A stretch of DNA of 40,605 nt from Oscillospiraceae bacterium (lineage in GTDB: Bacteria; Bacillota_I; Bacilli_A; RFN20; CAG-826), in the NCBI GenBank assembly GCA_963647095.1, contig CAVIYC010000002.1, forward strand, positions 1 through 40,605. The letters are read 5' to 3'. This document shows, one piece after another, positions 36,418 to 40,605 of this stretch; positions within the stretch are counted from its first letter, which is position 1; every line of letters starts with the position of its first letter. The position numbers and the translations under genes were made by a program. The notes beneath the pieces were generated by a model. The model saw nothing but the letters and a program-made list of their open reading frames with translations, had not been told where the DNA came from and did no database searches.

Positions 36418-36467
36418 CATACCGGATTGTAAGCGTTTACAATGCTACATAGGGAGGGAAGAACTTT

Positions 36468-38585
36468 ATGAGTCTCCTAACGAATTTCTTCCAAAGCAAT
36501 CTGGTCGTTCTGATCGTCACCGGCGTTTCGATTCTCGGCTTGATTTACGCTTTGGTATTCCTTCGCAGAAGGATCAAGAAAGCCGATCTGACGGATCCCA
36601 AGATGATTGAGATCCAAAAATACATCCGCGAAGGCGCGATGGCTTTCTTAAAACGCGAATACGTCACTTTGGCAATATTCACCGTTGTCTTATTCATCGC
36701 AATCTGCTTTGGCGTGAACTGGCAAACCGCGCTCTGCTTCTTAGGCGGAGCCATATTGTCGGCTTTGGCCGGGTTCATCGGCATGCGTTCGGCCACCAAT
36801 GCCAACGCCAAAACCGCCGAGGCCGCCAGACGCGGCGGAATGAACGCCGCGCTTAAAGTCGCCTTCTCCGGCGGCGCCATCATGGGATTATGCGTCGTTG
36901 GTTTGGGATTGGGCGGACTTTCTGCTTTATTTGCTATTTTCCAATGGTCGGAACCAGATTTGATTTCTACCTCCAACATCATCACTGGTTTCGGGCTTGG
37001 GGCTAGTTCCATAGCCCTCTTCTCCAGGGTCGGCGGCGGTATTTACACCAAAGCCGCCGACGTTGGAGCGGACTTGGTCGGAAAAGTCGAGGCCGGCATC
37101 CCCGAAGACGACCCTCGTAACCCCGCCACCATCGCCGATAACGTCGGAGATAACGTCGGAGACGTCGCCGGCATGGGCGCCGATTTGTTCGAATCTTATG
37201 TCGGAGCCATCATTTCAGCCGTCTCTTTGGGCGCTTATTTGATCGCTGGCGATTCTTCTTTCACCAACGCCTATGTCATTTATCCTATATTGCTTTCGGG
37301 CGTGGGAATCGTCGCTTCCATCATCGGTTCTTTGTTCGTCCGCGGCAAAAACGATCCTTCCAAAGCTTTGAAGATCGGAACTTACGTCGCTTCTGGAATC
37401 GTGGTTGTCGGTTCCTTGGCTTTGAGCATGGCTTACTTCGGAGTCAAAGACTTCTATAAGACTTTCTGCTCGGTCTTGATCGGTTTGTTGGTCGGCGTTT
37501 TAATCGGCATCATCACCGAGATTTACACCTCCGACAAATACCGTCACGTCAAAAAGATCTGCAAACAATCCGAAACCGGCAGCGCCACCAACATCATCGG
37601 CGGTCTCTCGGTCGGCATGATGTCTACCTTGTTCCCGATATTGTTGATCTGCGTCGCCATTTTGGTCGCTTACTTCGTCTGCGGAGGGGCGTCCAATAGC
37701 ACCTTCGGCGTCTATGGCATCGCTCTTGCCGCGGTTGGCATGCTTTCCACCACCGGCATCACCATCGCGGTCGACGCTTACGGACCTATCGCCGACAATG
37801 CCGGCGGCATCGCCGAAATGAGCGGGCAAGACGAATCGGTCAGAGCCATCACCGACGAATTGGATTCGGTCGGGAACACCACTGCGGCCATGGGCAAGGG
37901 GTTTGCCATCGGCAGCGCCGCCCTCACTTCATTGGCTTTGTTTGTCACCTTCATCTTCGCTTTCAACGCCCAAACCACCGGCGTGGATATCACGACCAAA
38001 CTTAATTTGGCCTCGCCGTTCGTAATCGTCGGATTGCTTATCGGCGGCATGTTGCCGTTCCTATTCTCCGCCCTTACGATGTCAAGTGTCGGAAAGGCCG
38101 CCAATCAGATGATTGACGAGGTCAGAAGGCAGTTCAAAGAGCCGGGGGTCTTGGAAGGCACGGTAAAACCCGATTATGCCAAATGCGTGGATATCTCCAC
38201 CAAAGCATCCTTGAAAGAAATGATAATCCCTGGCGTATTGGCCATCATCGTTCCTTTGGTAGTCGGAATATTCTTGGGCTACGAAGGATTGGCCGGATTG
38301 CTCGGCGGATCGTTGGTCACCGGCGTATTGCTCGCCATCTTCATGTCCAACTCCGGCGGAGCGTGGGACAACGCCAAGAAGTGGTTCGAAGCCCACGGCT
38401 TAAAGGGCACGGACGCCCATAAAGCCGCGGTCGTCGGAGACACGGTCGGAGATCCGTTCAAGGACACTTCCGGGCCTTCCATCAACATCCTAATCAAATT
38501 GATGACCATCGTTTCCTTGGTCTTCGTCCCGATGTTTTATTTGATAAACGAAGGGCAAGGCGTGTTGGGATTGATCGGAAAATAA
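36468..38585 (+). CDS. hppA: Membrane-bound cation-translocating pyrophosphatase (K+-dependent signature)
   Basis: 705 aa, about 16 [60 protein letters not shown] (Ala at the K+-dependence position) and [14 protein letters not shown]. Confidence 0.95.
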   Translation: MSLLTNFFQSNLVVLIVTGVSILGLIYALVFLRRRIKKADLTDPKMIEIQKYIREGAMAFLKREYVTLAIFTVVLFIAICFGVNWQTALCFLGGAILSALAGFIGMRSATNANAKTAEAARRGGMNAALKVAFSGGAIMGLCVVGLGLGGLSALFAIFQWSEPDLISTSNIITGFGLGASSIALFSRVGGGIYTKAADVGADLVGKVEAGIPEDDPRNPATIADNVGDNVGDVAGMGADLFESYVGAIISAVSLGAYLIAGDSSFTNAYVIYPILLSGVGIVASIIGSLFVRGKNDPSKALKIGTYVASGIVVVGSLALSMAYFGVKDFYKTFCSVLIGLLVGVLIGIITEIYTSDKYRHVKKICKQSETGSATNIIGGLSVGMMSTLFPILLICVAILVAYFVCGGASNSTFGVYGIALAAVGMLSTTGITIAVDAYGPIADNAGGIAEMSGQDESVRAITDELDSVGNTTAAMGKGFAIGSAALTSLALFVTFIFAFNAQTTGVDITTKLNLASPFVIVGLLIGGMLPFLFSALTMSSVGKAANQMIDEVRRQFKEPGVLEGTVKPDYAKCVDISTKASLKEMIIPGVLAIIVPLVVGIFLGYEGLAGLLGGSLVTGVLLAIFMSNSGGAWDNAKKWFEAHGLKGTDAHKAAVVGDTVGDPFKDTSGPSINILIKLMTIVSLVFVPMFYLINEGQGVLGLIGK

Positions 38586-38595
38586 TTAGTCGCAT

Positions 38596-38630
38596 GAAGC
38601 GGGGCCAATTAACGGCTTCGCTTTTTCTTT
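38596..38630 (+). terminator. Possible terminator after hppA
   Basis: GAAGC (38596-38600) / GCTTC (38615-38619), a short imperfect stem followed by GCTTTTTCTTT. Confidence 0.4.
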
Positions 38631-38640
38631 CGCATATCTT

Positions 38641-38669
38641 TTGTATTAATTCGTATTTTAATGTATCAT
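38641..38669 (+). promoter_or_regulatory. Promoter of the small-protein/nfeD/SPFH operon
   Basis: TTGTAT (38641-38646), 17-nt spacer, TATCAT (38664-38669). The predicted TSS is near 38676, which excludes the ORF-track ATG at 38675. Confidence 0.55.
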
Positions 38670-38692
38670 TTTGAATGAAAGGAGTGATGCAA

Positions 38693-39061
38693 ATGATTAC
38701 TTGGTTCAGCAACAAAAGCAAAGAAGGCATAGCGTCATTGAACAAGAACTGCATAAGCCTCAATTCCGCGGCCTCTATTCCCTTTGAATGCGCCTATCGC
38801 GTCCAGGTAGGGGTGGACTCCCACAAAAACATAATCATCGAAGCTTTGAGCAGAGACAAAGTGGAATCCGGCAAATACGACGAAAGCAGATTGTTGAAGC
38901 CTCAGATGGCCAAAACCTTCACTCGCATATCTTCGAGGGATCTGATGAAAGCCTTGGGAGATATGACCGACAACGAATTCGGGGACGAAACAAAAAAGTA
39001 CCCGACAACCTATGACGAGAACGCTTCTCGCCTTATCATCGTTATGGGAGGCAAGAAATAA
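38693..39061 (+). CDS. Small soluble protein of unknown function (weak internal duplication)
   Basis: 122 aa from the ATG at 38693, with AAAGGAG 8 nt upstream. MITWFSNKSKEGIASLNKNCISLNSAAS... No family recognised with confidence. The stop overlaps the nfeD ATG (TAATG). Confidence 0.6.
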   Translation: MITWFSNKSKEGIASLNKNCISLNSAASIPFECAYRVQVGVDSHKNIIIEALSRDKVESGKYDESRLLKPQMAKTFTRISSRDLMKALGDMTDNEFGDETKKYPTTYDENASRLIIVMGGKK

Positions 39062-39507
39062 TGGATATGTGGATTGTTTGGCTGGTCGTGATGGTTCTGG
39101 GCGTCATTATCGAAGCCATCGGCCCGGGATTGGTCTCCATCTGGTTCTCGGCCGGAGCTTTGGTCTCCTTGGCCATATCCTTCATCCCAGGATGCGAATG
39201 GTGGATTCAGCTGATCGTATTCGCGGTAGTGACCACCATATGTTGCTTGGCGTTAAGGCCGTTTATGAAGAAATTCGTCAAAAAAGAGACCGTTTCTTCC
39301 AATTCCGATGCCTTAATCGGGGAAATCGGCATTACGCTTGAAGAAGTAACCGACGCCGAACCCGGGGAAGTCAAAATATCCGGCTCGGTATGGCACGCCT
39401 TATCCGCCAAGGAAGGCGAAAAAATCAAAGCCAACGAAAAAGTCAAAGTGATTAGAATCTCGGGAAACAAATTGATCGTTTCGAAAGCCGAGGAAGAAAA
39501 GGAGTAA
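39061..39507 (+). CDS. NfeD-family membrane protein
   Basis: 148 aa. Three N-terminal TM segments plus a C-terminal OB-like domain, GEIGITLEEVTDAEPGEVKISGSVWHALSAKEGEKIKANEKVKVIRISGNKLIV, typical of NfeD. Precedes an SPFH gene. Confidence 0.85.
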   Translation: MDMWIVWLVVMVLGVIIEAIGPGLVSIWFSAGALVSLAISFIPGCEWWIQLIVFAVVTTICCLALRPFMKKFVKKETVSSNSDALIGEIGITLEEVTDAEPGEVKISGSVWHALSAKEGEKIKANEKVKVIRISGNKLIVSKAEEEKE

Positions 39508-39510
39508 CAA

Positions 39511-40464
39511 ATGATATTAGCAGCAAAATTAAGCGCCGGAGCGCTTGCCGGCATCATCATCGCCGCCGTGGTCCTTCTCGTGTTGATCATCATCATTTCC
39601 AATTTGAAGGTCGTGCGCCAAACGGACAAATACATCGTCGAAAGGTTGGGGGCATATAAGACCACTTTGAACGTCGGCATCCATTTGATCGCCCCGTTCT
39701 TGGATAGGGTCGCCTACAAAGTCTCGATGAAGGAACAAGTCAAAGACTTCGAGCCTCAGTCCGTCATCACCAAAGACAACGTCACCATGCAGATAGACAC
39801 CGTCATCTTCTTCCAGGTAACGGATCCAAAGCTTTACGCTTATGGCGTGGATAACCCCATAACCGCCATCGAATACCTTTCCGCCACCACCATCCGCAAC
39901 ATCATCGGCGAGTTGGATTTGGACGCCACCTTGACTTCCAGAGACATCATCAACGAAAAGATGAGGAAGATATTGGACGAAGCCACCGATCCTTGGGGCA
40001 TCAAAGTAAACCGCGTCGAAGTGAAGAACATCCTTCCTCCGAAAGACATCAGGGACGCCATGGAACGCCAGATGAGAGCCGAACGCGAAAAGAGGGAAAA
40101 GATCTTGCTCGCCGAAGGCCAAAAACAATCCGCCATCTTGGTGGCCGAGGGCGAGAAGGCCTCTATGTTGCTAAACGCCGAAGCCCAAAAAGAAGCCAAG
40201 ATATTGGCGGCCGAAGCCGAAGCGGAATCGGTCAGAAAAGTAAAACAGGCCGAAGCCGATGGCATTAAAGCCATCAGAGAAGCCGAAAAAATCGGCTTGA
40301 AGGATTTGAAGGACGCCGCGGCCGACGAAAGCGTCCTCAAGCTTCGCTACTACGAAACCTTGGCCAAGGTCGCCGACGGCAAAGCCACGAAGATCTTCAT
40401 CCCCGAAAACCTATCGGGAGTCGCCTCAATCGCCCAAGTGTTCTCGGAAAGCAAAAAAGACTAA
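39511..40464 (+). CDS. SPFH/band-7 (stomatin/QmcA-like) membrane protein
   Basis: 317 aa. N-terminal TM, SPFH core VRQTDKYIVERLGAYKTTLNVGIHLIAPFLDRV...TKDNVTMQIDTVIFFQVTDP, and an Ala/Glu-rich coiled-coil tail. Confidence 0.92.
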   Translation: MILAAKLSAGALAGIIIAAVVLLVLIIIISNLKVVRQTDKYIVERLGAYKTTLNVGIHLIAPFLDRVAYKVSMKEQVKDFEPQSVITKDNVTMQIDTVIFFQVTDPKLYAYGVDNPITAIEYLSATTIRNIIGELDLDATLTSRDIINEKMRKILDEATDPWGIKVNRVEVKNILPPKDIRDAMERQMRAEREKREKILLAEGQKQSAILVAEGEKASMLLNAEAQKEAKILAAEAEAESVRKVKQAEADGIKAIREAEKIGLKDLKDAAADESVLKLRYYETLAKVADGKATKIFIPENLSGVASIAQVFSESKKD

Positions 40465-40476
40465 GGCAATCAAGTC

Positions 40477-40508
40477 AACAGGCTCGTCAAAAAGCCTGTT
40501 TTCTTTTG
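40477..40508 (+). terminator. Intrinsic terminator after the SPFH gene
   Basis: AACAGGCT-cgtcaaaa-AGCCTGTT followed by TTCTTTTG. Confidence 0.85.
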
Positions 40509-40569
40509 GATATTTTTAAGGTTTATCGGCTTTCGTTGTTCTATAATTTTGCCATTAAGGCAATCGGGA

Positions 40570-40605
40570 ATGATAGAAATCAAAAACGTGACCAAGCTCT
40601 ATGTC
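40570..40605 (+). CDS. 5' end of a probable ABC-transporter ATP-binding protein (partial)
   Basis: ATG at 40570 gives MIEIKNVTKLYV, the stereotyped N-terminus of ABC ATPases. TATAAT at 40542-40547 upstream. Only 12 codons lie in the window. Confidence 0.4.
   Translation, partial: MIEIKNVTKLYV

Noticed and set aside
36282-36467. T-box leader upstream of trpS
   Set aside because: The region is too short (186 nt, shared with the hppA promoter) and no T-box core sequence or specifier-loop architecture is visible.

Overview
Mostly core-genome window from a Bacillota/Mollicutes-like bacterium. The lineage guess rests on gene order (no rpsD between rpsK and rpoA), a type-Z S14, the QueT/preQ1-I pairing, and Lys/Ala/Arg-rich tails on several proteins. 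The standard genetic code applies: TGA ends adk, copA, nrdG and the trxB-like gene, and Trp is TGG. Minus strand 1169-15819 carries a contiguous S10-spc-alpha ribosomal superoperon of 29 genes, rpsJ through rplQ, including secY, adk, map, infA, rpmJ and rpoA. It has no rpmD (L30). Upstream on the same strand are a preQ1-I riboswitch-controlled queT-tgt-queA-queH queuosine salvage operon, then prs. The rest (20.6-40.6 kb) mixes housekeeping and accessory genes:
- a PNK-like P-loop kinase, an unknown polytopic membrane protein, an HI0933-type flavoprotein and a GtrA-like protein;
- a glutamine-dependent NAD synthetase with an N-terminal Phd/YefM antitoxin-like domain;
- a RimK-type ATP-grasp ligase and a long-loop MscL;
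- an anaerobic RNR module: nrdD with a fused C-terminal glutaredoxin-like domain, a thioredoxin-reductase homologue lacking the NADPH motifs, and nrdG attached to the 3' end of a csoR-copA copper operon;
- trpS, a K+-dependent-type membrane pyrophosphatase, and an unknown small protein-NfeD-SPFH operon.
No rRNA, tRNA, CRISPR array, transposase or integrase was seen. The best candidates for undescribed biology are the self-contained redoxin-linked class III RNR arrangement (28.2-32.2 kb) and the Phd-NadE fusion (about 26.0-26.2 kb). Neither is proven, and no clear-cut novel defence-type system is evident. All calls come from reading the ORF translations and the DNA by eye; no searches were run.
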